From: Bacteroidia bacterium
Lineage (GTDB): Bacteria > Bacteroidota > Bacteroidia > Bacteroidales > VadinHA17
Reading direction: 5' to 3'
NCBI GenBank assembly: GCA_026391215.1
Contig: JAPLDX010000034.1
Span: 11,994 to 75,993, forward strand
Length of the DNA: 64,000 nt
Numbering within the stretch: the stretch's first letter is position 1; each line of letters begins with the position of its first letter. Positions 29,368 through 40,163 of the stretch are shown here, piece by piece. Below the pieces are notes generated by a model, which saw only the letters and a program-made list of their open reading frames with translations, was not told the DNA's origin and searched no databases. A program made the translations under genes and the position numbers.

Positions 29368-30936
29368 TTATTTAGTAACCACTCCTGTCAGATCAGGAAA
29401 ATCAACTGAAGGCATGAAGCTGTATCTGGTATCAATTGATATTTTATCACCATCAAACCGGCAGGTAATTAATTCAGTATGCGGACTCTCAATATATCTC
29501 AGTGTCAGTTCAAGGCTCTTTTCATCTCTCCACCTGTAAATGCCGGCTGTCTGTACCGGTGGAATTCCTGCAAAATGTCCTTTCGCAGAAAGTAAAAGGT
29601 TAGGACCCGGCCTGGTCGTCATACCTTTGATCCAATCCTTGCTGCCGAAATTAAAATCATAGTTCTCTGCGTTGACTTCCATTTTAACCTGACAGGTCTC
29701 TTCTTCAAAACTGAGAGATAAGGATTTAAGATGTCTGTCATTTGGATCAATGATGTAAGTTTTACCTGAAATTTCAGTTTCCAGTTGTGAATCAATTCCT
29801 TCTGCAGGCAATTTAACTGCCAGGGCAGCAAGCATCTTTTTCAGTGTTTCATTCGAGGCATTGTCATCAGGAAGCGGCTCATCTTTTAATGCCGGCAATA
29901 AATATTCCCAGAGAAGATTTATTTCACCCTGCATATCGGGTGTTTCACAGGTTATTGCAATTACTGCATCTTTTTCCGGCATAACGATAATGTACTGGCC
30001 ATAGGCTCCGTCACCGCGGAAAGCATTATGCCTGCAACGCCAGAACTGATAACAGTATCCCTGCATCCACTCGCTATTATTCCTTATTGAATCCGGTACC
30101 CCGGGTGCCTGGTCTATCTTGAAAGTAGTGGCTTCTGTGACCCATTCCTCAGGCAAGATCTGTTCGCCGTTCCATTTACCCTTCTGAAGATATAACTGGC
30201 CGAACCTGGCCATATCTTCCGTCTTGAGCCTTAATCCCCAGCCTCCGGTATTAATTCCCATGGGATCGGTTTCCCAGTCCATCCCGGATATCCCCAGCGG
30301 CTCAAAAAGGCGCGGAGTTAAATAATCAATAACTTTTTCTCCTGTAACTTTCTGAACAATAGCAGATAACATGTAAGTGGCCATTGAGTTGTACAGGAAT
30401 TTTGTGCCAGGATCGTTAACTACTGGTCGTGCCAGGAAAGCTTTTACCCAGTTGGTATCGTTAGCTGGTATTATAGTAGTAGGATCAGGAACCTGACCGG
30501 CTGACATAGTGAGAAGATCCTTTACCTCCATGTCAGCAAGGAACCGGCTTACAGTATCCGGAAGATATTCGGGGAAGAAGGAAATGACTTTATCATTTAC
30601 AGTAAGCCGTTTTTCCGTAACAGCAAATCCTACTGCAGTAGATGTAAAGCTCTTGCTTGTTGAATAGAGAGTATGTTTAAGATCAGAGGCATAAGGTGAC
30701 CACCATCCCTCAGCTATGACTTTCCCGTGCCTCAGGAACATGAAGCTGTGAAATTCATGAGGACCCATTTCTGCAGCTTTCAGAAATTCAATGATCCCTT
30801 TGGAATCAACTCCTTCAGCTTCAGGAATACTCCTGGGAAGCTGGCCTGTAACTTGTTCTTTCGAAGCATTATTGCATGCAAATAACAGCAGCGTCAGAAT
30901 AACTGCAAACAAAATTCTCTTTAAAGTAAATCTCAT
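29368..30936 (-). CDS. Serine hydrolase, class C beta-lactamase/esterase family lipoprotein
   Basis: Lipobox LFAC; YSTSKS (SxxK), FLYNS (YxN-like), DMARFGQLY, RGDGAYGQ. Confidence 0.88.
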   Translation of the reverse strand: MRFTLKRILFAVILTLLLFACNNASKEQVTGQLPRSIPEAEGVDSKGIIEFLKAAEMGPHEFHSFMFLRHGKVIAEGWWSPYASDLKHTLYSTSKSFTSTAVGFAVTEKRLTVNDKVISFFPEYLPDTVSRFLADMEVKDLLTMSAGQVPDPTTIIPANDTNWVKAFLARPVVNDPGTKFLYNSMATYMLSAIVQKVTGEKVIDYLTPRLFEPLGISGMDWETDPMGINTGGWGLRLKTEDMARFGQLYLQKGKWNGEQILPEEWVTEATTFKIDQAPGVPDSIRNNSEWMQGYCYQFWRCRHNAFRGDGAYGQYIIVMPEKDAVIAITCETPDMQGEINLLWEYLLPALKDEPLPDDNASNETLKKMLAALAVKLPAEGIDSQLETEISGKTYIIDPNDRHLKSLSLSFEEETCQVKMEVNAENYDFNFGSKDWIKGMTTRPGPNLLLSAKGHFAGIPPVQTAGIYRWRDEKSLELTLRYIESPHTELITCRFDGDKISIDTRYSFMPSVDFPDLTGVVTK

Positions 30937-30940
30937 ATTA

Positions 30941-31348
30941 TCAGTAATTTATTTTTAGGATTATCTTTTTAGAGGCATTGAATTCAAAAAGCCATTCATT
31001 GAATGGTTTTGGACCGAACATCCCATAAGCGTCATTAGAAAATCCATATCCTTCAGTAGGAATTCCAAGGTTATTTGTATCCAGGGCTCCATTACCGTTT
31101 TCATCATGAAAATATCTGACCGCATATTTCCCCGGTTTAAGATCCTCAATGATTATTGTGCATTTCTTTTCTACGATAATACTCATTTCCTGTCTTATAA
31201 CTTCCTCATTTTCATTGAATAACTGAAGCATTATCACATTTTCATCATTACGGATACCAAGTATCTCAATTCTAAGAGTATCCTGTGACATTGCAATGTT
31301 CGAAATCATGATCAATGCGAAAAAGGCGAAAAATAATCTTTTCATCAT
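30941..31348 (-). CDS. DUF2141 domain protein
   Basis: GKYAVRYFHDENGNGALDTNNLGIPTEGYGFSN. Confidence 0.88.
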   Translation of the reverse strand: MMKRLFFAFFALIMISNIAMSQDTLRIEILGIRNDENVIMLQLFNENEEVIRQEMSIIVEKKCTIIIEDLKPGKYAVRYFHDENGNGALDTNNLGIPTEGYGFSNDAYGMFGPKPFNEWLFEFNASKKIILKINY

Positions 31349-31403
31349 AGGGAATGGGATTTAAGATCAGAAATAAAAATACGATTCCCTGTGGATTATT
31401 TTA

Positions 31404-31592
31404 TTAAAAGATAAAAATATCTTCAATTTTAGTATTAAAAACCCTTGCAATATCATAAGCAAGCCTCAGCGAAGGATTGTATTTATTCTTCTCTAGAAAA
31501 ACAATTGTTTCCCGTCTGACATTTACCTTTTTAGCCAGATCTTCCTGGGTAAGATTGAATCTTGCCCGGTATTCCTTAATCCTGTTATTCAT
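31404..31592 (-). CDS. XRE-family helix-turn-helix transcriptional regulator
   Basis: [34 protein letters not shown]. Confidence 0.92.
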   Translation of the reverse strand: MNNRIKEYRARFNLTQEDLAKKVNVRRETIVFLEKNKYNPSLRLAYDIARVFNTKIEDIFIF

Positions 31593-31983
31593 TTTTAAGA
31601 CCTGTGAAGTTGAAGATTAACCAGCAAATGGCAAAAATAACGGCCATACCCAGTATCCCTGCACCAATAATAGTATGAGTTTCATAATGAAGATTGTCCG
31701 AAAAATACATTATGGCAAGCCATAGGTAAAGCGAAATATAATATGACAGTGAAGATGTCCTCCGCATTACTTTTTTTGATAATTCATCTTCAGCAGGTTC
31801 CCCTCTTTTTGCACTGGTTAGTCTTTTAATGCCTACAAAAACTGCAAATGCAACAACAAGGAACATAACGCCAAAGCTTACAATATCAACCGGCGTGAAT
31901 TTGCCTGATGAGGAATAAATCCACAGACCTACAGTGCCAAGCACCAGTGCTGCTAAAACAAAAACGATAATTGCTTTTTTCAT
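31585..31983 (-). CDS. Four-TM membrane protein (DUF2178-like)
   Basis: Four hydrophobic segments with a central EDE motif; overlaps the XRE gene. Confidence 0.7.
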   Translation of the reverse strand: MKKAIIVFVLAALVLGTVGLWIYSSSGKFTPVDIVSFGVMFLVVAFAVFVGIKRLTSAKRGEPAEDELSKKVMRRTSSLSYYISLYLWLAIMYFSDNLHYETHTIIGAGILGMAVIFAICWLIFNFTGLKNE

Positions 31984-31997
31984 ATCTGTAATTATTA

Positions 31998-32034
31998 GTT
32001 AAGTAATTCTAACACAAAGTTAGAAATAAATAAC
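31998..32034. promoter_or_regulatory. Two GTTA-N8-TAAC palindromes around a -7 box; probable XRE operator
   Basis: GTTAAGTAATTCTAAC (31998-32013) and GTTAGAAATAAATAAC (32019-32034); CAAAGTTA (TAACTTTG on minus) at 32015-32022. Confidence 0.65.
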
Positions 32035-32254
32035 ATTAACTTCCAAATATTTTTCAATATATTTTATATTTTTTTTCCACGAAGGGCACAAAGGAGATAG
32101 TGGTTGTCAATCTTGAGTGTGGACTGGCATTGTAAACCTGACAGATTCAAAGAAATGAAACTGATTATTACAACAGACTGTAATATTGTTTTTTTTTCAT
32201 TAGGGAAAAGGGACATACGATTGCATATACCTTATTATTTAAGAAATGAATTAA

Positions 32255-32647
32255 TTACTTCTTCAGCAGATCGCGGATCTCTGTAAGAAGAATTTCATCG
32301 TTTGGTACAGCCGGTGGTGCTGAGGGTTTTGCTTCTTCCTTCTTCTTGGCAGCATTAATTGCTTTAATGACAAGAAAAACAGCAAGTGCGACAATCAGAA
32401 AATCAAAACATACCTGCAGAAAATTACCGTAATTCCACCATACTTCTTTTGCCGGATTCATGTTTATATCAAGTTTCAGGTCGGTGAAGTTAACACCGCC
32501 GATCAGCAACCCCAGGGGTGGCATGATGATGTCACTCACAAGGGAAGATACAATTTTGCCGAAAGCAGCTCCGATAATTATACCTACAGCCATATCGGTA
32601 ACGTTGCCTTTCAATGCGAAGGCCTTAAATTCATCAACTAGTTTCAT
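32255..32647 (-). CDS. mscL: Large-conductance mechanosensitive channel
   Basis: [39 protein letters not shown]; LLTEIRDLL. Confidence 0.97.
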   Translation of the reverse strand: MKLVDEFKAFALKGNVTDMAVGIIIGAAFGKIVSSLVSDIIMPPLGLLIGGVNFTDLKLDINMNPAKEVWWNYGNFLQVCFDFLIVALAVFLVIKAINAAKKKEEAKPSAPPAVPNDEILLTEIRDLLKK

Positions 32648-32673
32648 AGTAATTAGTTATTGATTAATGGTTA

Positions 32674-33630
32674 TTAGAATTTATACGAGAATCCGACGCC
32701 AAATATCTCTTTGAACTGTACTCTTTTCCCTGGTATATCTTCCGGACCTGATACATTTCCATCATTGTTTCTATCGACCTGGATCAGTATATTATCATCA
32801 TAAATAAGAACGGTGTTTAAACTGACAGAAATATATTTATTAACCTTCATGGCAACTAAGTTTTCCCAGTTGATATCTATATTCTGAGGATTATCAAGGT
32901 AGTTTGAAAACAGATCTATTTTAGTGGTGAAAGAAACATTTTTAAGAATTTCATTTTTAAAATCATTCTTAGAATAGATGACCCTAATATAACCTCCGAA
33001 TTCACTTTTTATCTTTTCTCCCGGGGTAACACCAAATGCGCCTGCATCGGAAAGCAACTGATCGTTAACAAATGTAAATTTAACTGTAAGCGGTGCAATA
33101 AATGCGCTGAAATACCCATTAGGTTTATAGTCCATCCCAAGAGCGCCTAAAAGATAGGCTGGAGAAAAAAGGTTTGATATTTTTACAGAATCATTTGGAT
33201 AATTATATCCGGGAGTCATTTGTGTTTTAAAGTTTAAAAGTGCAGCATAATAAAAATTTTTAAACGCTTCCTGTCCATATTTCGACAAAAAATCAATTTT
33301 ATCATCAGTCTTCATCGGGTCAGTACCCTTACCCTGTTTTAAAATACCATAACCCATATCAAGCAAGTTGTCCCAGCGGGATTTCCCTTTTGTAAGGTTG
33401 GCGAATACACTGAACATGCCATTTACTGCAACGGAGTTTTGACCGCCGGCTGCCCAGTTTTTCAATGAAGTCTGTGCCAGGTTAACGGAAAAGATTCCTC
33501 CTGTTTTCCAGCCCTGGGTGGTATCGGCTGTTTGTGTGCGCAGGTTTTTTTCACCTTCTGTTACCTGTCCGAAAGCCAGGATGCTGAAGATTGAAAATAT
33601 AGTTACCAGTGCAATGAATTTATTTTTCAT
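32674..33630 (-). CDS. DUF3078 outer-membrane beta-barrel protein
   Basis: QTSLKNWAAGGQNS, KTDDKID..SKYG, FKTQMTPGY, MKVNKYI; C-terminal GFSYKF. Confidence 0.88.
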   Translation of the reverse strand: MKNKFIALVTIFSIFSILAFGQVTEGEKNLRTQTADTTQGWKTGGIFSVNLAQTSLKNWAAGGQNSVAVNGMFSVFANLTKGKSRWDNLLDMGYGILKQGKGTDPMKTDDKIDFLSKYGQEAFKNFYYAALLNFKTQMTPGYNYPNDSVKISNLFSPAYLLGALGMDYKPNGYFSAFIAPLTVKFTFVNDQLLSDAGAFGVTPGEKIKSEFGGYIRVIYSKNDFKNEILKNVSFTTKIDLFSNYLDNPQNIDINWENLVAMKVNKYISVSLNTVLIYDDNILIQVDRNNDGNVSGPEDIPGKRVQFKEIFGVGFSYKF

Positions 33631-33795
33631 ATTTAGGTTTTTGGTTTAACATTTTGCGCTCCTCGACCAGATCGAAAATATTGTGAAGCTTATAAGGGCG
33701 AAAGGCATTAGTGTCTTTTTGTAAAACAAAATCTGACATATATTCCAAACAGTGTTCTTGCACAATTGGGATACTTAAAAAAGTGATGTAAAATC

Positions 33796-34218
33796 TCAGT
33801 TTTTGACCTTTATACTGTCGACCAGGTATTTTGAATCGCCTCTCCAGAAAACTGCTCCGTTTTTCTGCCTGTAATGCACAATGACATTATCCCCCTGAAG
33901 GGTATCAAATTGTCTTGTGAGGGATTTATTAGTAACTGTAAAAAGGAATTTTTCTGAAGCGAGTGCAATATCCCGTGTACTTGCAACACTGCTGAGGATC
34001 ATCTCTCCTTCATAGGTTTTAAAGAATGTGCCCTTACTGGAAAACTTTTGCAGGAGGCCGGCCCTGTATCCTTCGCTGTATGTGTAGAAATACTTCCAGT
34101 AAATAAAAATTCCCAGGAATAAAACTATCAGGAACAACAGCCATTTAAAAAACCGTTTTGTCTTTTTCACTGTGCCTTTCCAGGCATCTGATTTGGTAAA
34201 TGAAAACAACGGGCTCAT
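33796..34218 (-). CDS. Conserved hypothetical single-TM protein
   Basis: TM followed by YSEGYRAGLLQKFSSKG..FKTYEGEM and WRGDSKY. Confidence 0.75.
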   Translation of the reverse strand: MSPLFSFTKSDAWKGTVKKTKRFFKWLLFLIVLFLGIFIYWKYFYTYSEGYRAGLLQKFSSKGTFFKTYEGEMILSSVASTRDIALASEKFLFTVTNKSLTRQFDTLQGDNVIVHYRQKNGAVFWRGDSKYLVDSIKVKN

Positions 34219-34353
34219 AACAGGTTTATTTAGAGAAGCAAAGGTAGTATTTTTTTAGATTAGATAGTTTTAGAATGATCAAAGTAAAAACAAAAAAATG
34301 AGGGGGTGAGTGGGAGAAAAACAGAGTGAGTTTGAGAGCAGGAGCGAGACTTA

Positions 34354-34395
34354 CCGTGTTACTCGTGTCTAAATCTGTGTTACCCCGTGGTTAAA
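34354..34395. repeat. Half copy of the TAACCAC repeat family, copy 2
   Basis: Reverse complement TTTAACCACGGGGTAACACAGATT closely matches TTTAACCACAGAGTAACACGGAATT at 24099-24123. Confidence 0.6.
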
Positions 34396-34396
34396 T

Positions 34397-35155
34397 TTAT
34401 TTTTCAGCAATAACAAGCATTTCATAATCTTCAGTCGTCAGTTTATCTTTTCTGCTGAAGGCACCCAGCCTGCATCCGGATATATCTGAACGGCTGAATC
34501 CTATGGACTTTAAGAGCCATGTTATTTCAGACGGTACATAATATCTCTCATTGCCGTTGAGTACCATTTTATTGCCTTTATCATCTTCAGTTTCATAAAC
34601 TGAATAATCCCTGAATGTCATCAGATCGAAATTGTTTTCAACTGATTTCCCCTGCTCCGAACCGGCATTCACAAAATCCTTAACGGAATGAAAAAGAGGA
34701 TAAAGGCCATTCAGAGTTGAGAATATATATTTCCCTCCGGGTTTTAAAGATGAATAAGCATTCTTAAGGATCTGATAATTCATTTCATCGGTTTCCATCA
34801 GAGGAAATGCACCCTCGCACATCATAATTGCCAGGTCATATTCTCCCTTGAAATCAAAATTTCGGGCATCCTTCTTAAGGAATTCAATTTTCAGATTCTC
34901 CTTTTGAGCAACTGATCTTGCTTTTTTAAGCTGTCCTTCCGAGAGATCAATCCCGGTTATATTTAAATATCCCCGCCTGGCAAGCTCAAGTGAATGTCTG
35001 CCAGTTCCGCATCCGATATCAAGGATTTTAGAGGATTTATTAAATCCGATCTCTTTTTCGATAAAATCAACTTCACCTTTGGTTCCAGTTGTATAGCTCT
35101 CTTTATCATACTTTTCGGCATAATCCCGGAAAAATTCTTCGTACCACTGTTTCAT
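34397..35155 (-). CDS. Class I SAM-dependent methyltransferase
   Basis: ILDIGCGTGRH, GIDLS, DAR, LKPGG. Confidence 0.9.
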   Translation of the reverse strand: MKQWYEEFFRDYAEKYDKESYTTGTKGEVDFIEKEIGFNKSSKILDIGCGTGRHSLELARRGYLNITGIDLSEGQLKKARSVAQKENLKIEFLKKDARNFDFKGEYDLAIMMCEGAFPLMETDEMNYQILKNAYSSLKPGGKYIFSTLNGLYPLFHSVKDFVNAGSEQGKSVENNFDLMTFRDYSVYETEDDKGNKMVLNGNERYYVPSEITWLLKSIGFSRSDISGCRLGAFSRKDKLTTEDYEMLVIAEK

Positions 35156-35225
35156 TAGTTTGAATTTATATTATATCTAAATTGTCCGGTGTTCCGTGTA
35201 CCGTATACTTTGAACCCTGTATCGT

Positions 35226-35765
35226 TTATACATTTATTACAACACTGAAATGTACGATTTTCTTAAGAGTTTTTATTGTATCCAGTACACTTAATTTATG
35301 ATTCTGATCTATTGACCTGTCTGTAACTACGAATGTATCTTCCTCTCCGTCAATTGATTCTATTTTAAGAATATAGGAATAATATTGACCTTTGCTTTCT
35401 GCCAGTCTTGTAGACGGCATATGCTTTGTCAATGTTAATTCTTTAACATTCTGGAAGTCAATTTCAGTTAAAGAATCTCCTATCCTTTTCTTCAGACATG
35501 ATTGGGTGATCTCAACCTCACCGATAGGTTTAAGGTTTTCATTGTTTTTCCTGACTTTTATCATTATCAAAACAGCACCGACGATTATCAGCGGAACTGA
35601 AATCAAGTACTTCAGTCCATAACTCATTGATCCGATACTGGAAAGGTTAAATGCAACCAATATCAAACCCGGAATTATCCCGTAAACAGTATAAAGACGC
35701 CTGTTCCTTTTGCCCACGATAACAGGGTCATAATGATCGACACGGAGGATTCTGAAATGGCTCAT
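35226..35765 (-). CDS. Hypothetical two-TM membrane protein
   Basis: Likely start MSHFR at 35765; two TM segments followed by a beta-rich soluble part. Confidence 0.65.
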   Translation of the reverse strand: MSHFRILRVDHYDPVIVGKRNRRLYTVYGIIPGLILVAFNLSSIGSMSYGLKYLISVPLIIVGAVLIMIKVRKNNENLKPIGEVEITQSCLKKRIGDSLTEIDFQNVKELTLTKHMPSTRLAESKGQYYSYILKIESIDGEEDTFVVTDRSIDQNHKLSVLDTIKTLKKIVHFSVVINV

Positions 35766-35778
35766 GAACACTAATAAA

Positions 35779-37263
35779 TTACTGTTTGACAAGAATGACA
35801 TCGGTTGATTTATAGGAAAATACCGGTTCTTTCTTTACACCGGGCTCTGTTACTTTTAGAGAATTGAATGTCACACCATGCACATCATCCAGAACAACGG
35901 CCGTCCTGTAATCTTTTTTTGAAGCCGACAGAATGACATTTTCAAACTTTATTCCTTTTGCATGACGAATATAAAACCCCCATGCCGGAAGCTCCTTGAA
36001 CATTGAGAATTCCGGATAGCTTGCTGCCATCTCAGGAACTTTATCCAGCTCATTAAGTCCGACTTCCGCATATTCAGCATTTCCACCACCGGGATACCTG
36101 ATCTCAATATTTTTCAGGGTTACATTTTCAACAGGCACATCAGGCATCCCGACAATTGATGCCGGTGAAATATTACGGGGAAGATCTTCAACCGGCCCTT
36201 CATAATTATAACCTGCATCAGGTTTTGTTGCAGGTACCTCAGCATATACGTTTGATATCGTTATATTATTCATTCTTCCTTTTTTGCCTGCCCTGCGCTC
36301 TCCGATACGAAGAAAAATTACATTGCCTGTATTGATAGATCTCAGGCTGTCAACGAGAACATCTTCAACAAATCCGCCATCAACAGCAGCAAATGTGATT
36401 GCAGAGCGGTAAGTATCGAAAACCAGGTTATTGATGATCTTTATATTACGGAAGCCACCGTAAGAAGCTGTTCCGAATTTAATTCCACTGGCGCTTGTAC
36501 GGACTGTATTATTGTGAATATATACATTCTGGCAGACAAAATCTGGTGAGTGCGATTTCAGGCAGATACCATCATCAGCGGCATCAAAGTAAGAATTGGT
36601 TACGCTTACACTGTCACAGTCAACTATGTCAATCCCATCGTTATTCCAATATGATTTGCTGTCAACAGTGATCCCATCGATTACAACATTCTTACACTGG
36701 TCGTACTGCTGATTCCAGCTGCCGGGATCCTTAAGCATTATTCCGCGGATCACAATATTCCTGCACCCCCTGAAATAAATATTCTGCGGACGCTTGCCTT
36801 CACCCGGACGATCATATTTCAAAGGATCAGTTATGATTCCTTTATGTATCAGATCAACAAGATTATTGGCGACTGTAAATCCCTGGCCGTCAATGACACC
36901 TTTACCTGTAATACCGATATTCTGCTGATCAAGTGCAAAGATCAGTGCGGTCCAGTTGAAGTTCTGCTCATAGTCCAGTGGATTAACGGAACCAACCAGG
37001 ATTGCCCCTTCTTCCAGCTGTATGGTAACATTGGATTTCAGGTAAATGGTTCCGGTAAGATATCTCCCCACATAGAATACCAGTCTTCCTCCGCCATTGG
37101 CACTTATATAATCAATGCCCTTCTGTATCGAATTTGTATTGAGTGTCGTTCCGTTCGACTTAACACCAAACATTGATGCATTGTAGTCCTTTGCTTCCAA
37201 TAATACGGAAACCATAAGTAACAAAACGCACAGCAATCCTTTCACTATCCTCATTTTTTTCAT
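35779..37263 (-). CDS. Glycoside hydrolase family 28
   Basis: NIGITGKGVIDGQG, NNDGIDI, ADDGICLKS, GIKFGT. Confidence 0.9.
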   Translation of the reverse strand: MKKMRIVKGLLCVLLLMVSVLLEAKDYNASMFGVKSNGTTLNTNSIQKGIDYISANGGGRLVFYVGRYLTGTIYLKSNVTIQLEEGAILVGSVNPLDYEQNFNWTALIFALDQQNIGITGKGVIDGQGFTVANNLVDLIHKGIITDPLKYDRPGEGKRPQNIYFRGCRNIVIRGIMLKDPGSWNQQYDQCKNVVIDGITVDSKSYWNNDGIDIVDCDSVSVTNSYFDAADDGICLKSHSPDFVCQNVYIHNNTVRTSASGIKFGTASYGGFRNIKIINNLVFDTYRSAITFAAVDGGFVEDVLVDSLRSINTGNVIFLRIGERRAGKKGRMNNITISNVYAEVPATKPDAGYNYEGPVEDLPRNISPASIVGMPDVPVENVTLKNIEIRYPGGGNAEYAEVGLNELDKVPEMAASYPEFSMFKELPAWGFYIRHAKGIKFENVILSASKKDYRTAVVLDDVHGVTFNSLKVTEPGVKKEPVFSYKSTDVILVKQ

Positions 37264-37265
37264 TT

Positions 37266-40157
37266 TCAAATTTTCAAATTATCCGAATACAAAGTCACCG
37301 GCCCTATGAGCCCCATAGACTGTATCGGTTGTATTTTGTTTTTTTCATTAGTCCAGTATTGAGCTATGGGATTATCGATCAGTGATTTCATATAATTGCC
37401 CATGGATGTCACCACCTTTATTTCAATATCATTAATGCCAGGTTTAAGAAATTCTCCTATCCTGTATATTCTCCTGCCGTACCATTTTACACCGCAATCC
37501 TTCCTGTTCACCTTTAATTCAGACAGTCCGTACACTTTTCCAAGGTTCAGAATTATATTAGCGGGATCATCAATACTTATGCTGTTCCGGTAAATAATTG
37601 TCCCTGCGAAACTCACAAAGTCAGGCATGTCTTTTATGTCCTTAAGAATATCGATCCTGAAAGTTTTTGCAGAACTATCGCGGCAGTGCCTGAACTCAGC
37701 GCTCCAGCCGGTTTCAATTTTTATTTCAGATGATGATCCTGAGGGAAGAGGATCCCATTTGGGTCCGTTTTTTTGTTTGTCAAATACAAACAACACTGAT
37801 TGTGCCGGACCAAGATCGAGATCAATGCTATTATCCTTTTCAAGAAATACCCTGTACCTGTTACCTGTTTCCGGATCCCATACCCAGCCATATTTTTTAT
37901 CCGTAAATTCTTTTGAAAAAGTGATCCTGGTCTGATGAGAATTATGAATATGGGAATTAATGATGTAAAGTATTTCTGAGCCGTCATCAGCCTGGTAACG
38001 GTTTTGCAGAACGTACGGATCAGGACTGCTGATATCTACATACGGCTTAATACCGTACTGCTGCTGGATCCCTGAGTACCATACAATGAAATCTTTTTCA
38101 GGCTTTTTCAGAAGGATGAAACTTTCATGAAATACCTGCATCTTTTTAACATGATCAAGAACATCAGCATCATTTTTCTCATGATCTTTCCATCCCAGTG
38201 ACTGTGACGGAACAGTTTCAATGCAGAAGATCCTTCCTCCGGAATTCACAAACTCATTTAGTTTTTCTGCAGTCCCGGGATCAAGACTATCTACCTGCAC
38301 AAGGAAAAGGGTATGATATTTCCGCGGACCGTAATGCATGTACCCGTCTTTCATTTCAGCATCCCGGATAACCCTTTGTGAAACATAATCACATCCGCTT
38401 CCATTTTTGTTAATTGATTCCCACACCAGGGTAAAGTAATCCACGTGAGTGATATTAGGGAAAGGTTCCATCTGCGAACCTATGAGGCTCCACATGTCAT
38501 CATTCGGAGGAAGAATTGCAATATCGGTATACATTGTAACATTCTGAAGCATAGCTGAAAGGCGTGCCTTATAATTATTATAGAAGTTAAACCAGGGCCA
38601 CCATGTGTTATTCTCATTATAATAACCCCCATACCTTATCCATCCAGGATATGGAGCTTCAGGAGGGGAATAATTAAAGCCATGAAATACTGAATGTGTA
38701 ACGCCTGTTATTGCGCTCTGGTCGCCACCGATCTTAAGGTTATCAAAAGTGGTGTTGAAGACGGTATAAGTATCCGTATTCTCCTCGCAGCTTACCAATC
38801 GTTTGCCTTTAAGATTTGCCGCCGAGGAGACATATTTGTTTATCATTGTATAGGCTCTTCCACGCCTGTAGTCTTCTTCAGGCATCTCTTCTCCGACCTT
38901 ATGCCTGAGCCAGTTCATTGTCCAGGATTCACATTCCGGAATATCATAAGCAAAACTGCCTTCGAGAGGGAAAAAGCTTCTTCCATAAGCCTGGGCGCGT
39001 GATTTGACATTCAGTCCCCTGCACCATTCAATATAAGTTTTTATAAAGCGCTCTTCCAGCAGCTCTGCCTTAAGCATCTCAAAATCGTATCTCATCCGCT
39101 GTATCATTGCCTCTAATTCAGGCGACATAGTCACTCCGTATTTAAGGTCAGTGACATTTCCCATACCTCCGGTTTTGAAAAGTATAAAAGGCAGGTAAGA
39201 GAAAAGATCGTATCCTTTACGCTTTTTAAATTCCTCCATTATATCTGCTGACCAGTTTGCTCCCTCCAGTTCCATGCTGTCAGTAAATAGTGCACGGATA
39301 TGACCTGACAGGGGACCAGTTCTTTTCTCAATAGTTCCCGACATGTTGTCAAGGTATCTTCTTACAGCTTTTTCATCATAGTGATTGAGCACAGGTCCAG
39401 TGGCCCCCGGCGCACCATTGATAACCTGCATGAAACCGTTGATTTTAATAAGACCATATAACGCATATTTCCCTGGCGGAACAGAAACCCTGATCGTTTC
39501 ATTTTCAATCCGGGAGGAAAGATCAATGACCTGGTCTATTTCTGAAAGAGGATCGGGAATCAGTTTAAGGGATAACAGTTCCATTGTTCTTCCCGGGAAG
39601 GGAGAGCTGACTGCCGGATCGGCCTCCCTGAAAATCTCATATTTTGAAATTTCGTATTCAAGAGGACCTGATAATTTTTTAACAGCAACAACAGCAATCT
39701 GTGACCGTTCTTCTCCTTCAAGGTATTCGGCTCCGAACGGCCAGCCTGAGCCAACAATAAGATCACAGGTGAGGCCAAGCGATTTTGCTTCATCGAACGC
39801 GATTTTCAGCAGATCGATCCATTCATCGCTAAGCCATTTCAGTGACAGCTTACCCAGGTCATCACCTTCAGACCGGGAGGGAAAGTCAATGGGATTTATC
39901 TCCACGCCGCCAATACCGGCATTTTTTAAAAGATGCAGTTCCCTGATAAGTTCTGCAGCTTCTACCTTATTTCCGTTCCACCACCACCGGACAAAAGGGT
40001 GATAATTTAAGCCGGGATTTTTAAATGATTCATAAAGATTAAAAGAAGATTGATAATGATCAGCAGCCGGGGAATATGGAAATACATTTATCCTGCCTGC
40101 TACAAAGCAGCCGGCAGAGAACAAAGTGCTTTGCGATATGAATTTCCGCCTGTTCAA
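37266..40157 (-). CDS. Glycoside hydrolase family 106 (alpha-L-rhamnosidase-like), Tat signal
   Basis: NRRKFI signal; PFVRWWWNG, GIGGVEINP, GSGWPFG, FTDSME, DIPECE, VSSAA; TTG start. Confidence 0.85.
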   Translation of the reverse strand: MNRRKFISQSTLFSAGCFVAGRINVFPYSPAADHYQSSFNLYESFKNPGLNYHPFVRWWWNGNKVEAAELIRELHLLKNAGIGGVEINPIDFPSRSEGDDLGKLSLKWLSDEWIDLLKIAFDEAKSLGLTCDLIVGSGWPFGAEYLEGEERSQIAVVAVKKLSGPLEYEISKYEIFREADPAVSSPFPGRTMELLSLKLIPDPLSEIDQVIDLSSRIENETIRVSVPPGKYALYGLIKINGFMQVINGAPGATGPVLNHYDEKAVRRYLDNMSGTIEKRTGPLSGHIRALFTDSMELEGANWSADIMEEFKKRKGYDLFSYLPFILFKTGGMGNVTDLKYGVTMSPELEAMIQRMRYDFEMLKAELLEERFIKTYIEWCRGLNVKSRAQAYGRSFFPLEGSFAYDIPECESWTMNWLRHKVGEEMPEEDYRRGRAYTMINKYVSSAANLKGKRLVSCEENTDTYTVFNTTFDNLKIGGDQSAITGVTHSVFHGFNYSPPEAPYPGWIRYGGYYNENNTWWPWFNFYNNYKARLSAMLQNVTMYTDIAILPPNDDMWSLIGSQMEPFPNITHVDYFTLVWESINKNGSGCDYVSQRVIRDAEMKDGYMHYGPRKYHTLFLVQVDSLDPGTAEKLNEFVNSGGRIFCIETVPSQSLGWKDHEKNDADVLDHVKKMQVFHESFILLKKPEKDFIVWYSGIQQQYGIKPYVDISSPDPYVLQNRYQADDGSEILYIINSHIHNSHQTRITFSKEFTDKKYGWVWDPETGNRYRVFLEKDNSIDLDLGPAQSVLFVFDKQKNGPKWDPLPSGSSSEIKIETGWSAEFRHCRDSSAKTFRIDILKDIKDMPDFVSFAGTIIYRNSISIDDPANIILNLGKVYGLSELKVNRKDCGVKWYGRRIYRIGEFLKPGINDIEIKVVTSMGNYMKSLIDNPIAQYWTNEKNKIQPIQSMGLIGPVTLYSDNLKI

Positions 40158-40163
40158 TGTTAA

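Noticed and set aside
29368-30936. Antibiotic-resistance beta-lactamase
   Set aside because: The motifs fit the broad serine hydrolase/esterase family; nothing specifically indicates AmpC activity
33631-33795. Structured leader or riboswitch upstream of DUF3078-mscL
   Set aside because: Only a small TCGA-N5-TCGA hairpin is present; no match to c-di-AMP or c-di-GMP riboswitch cores by eye
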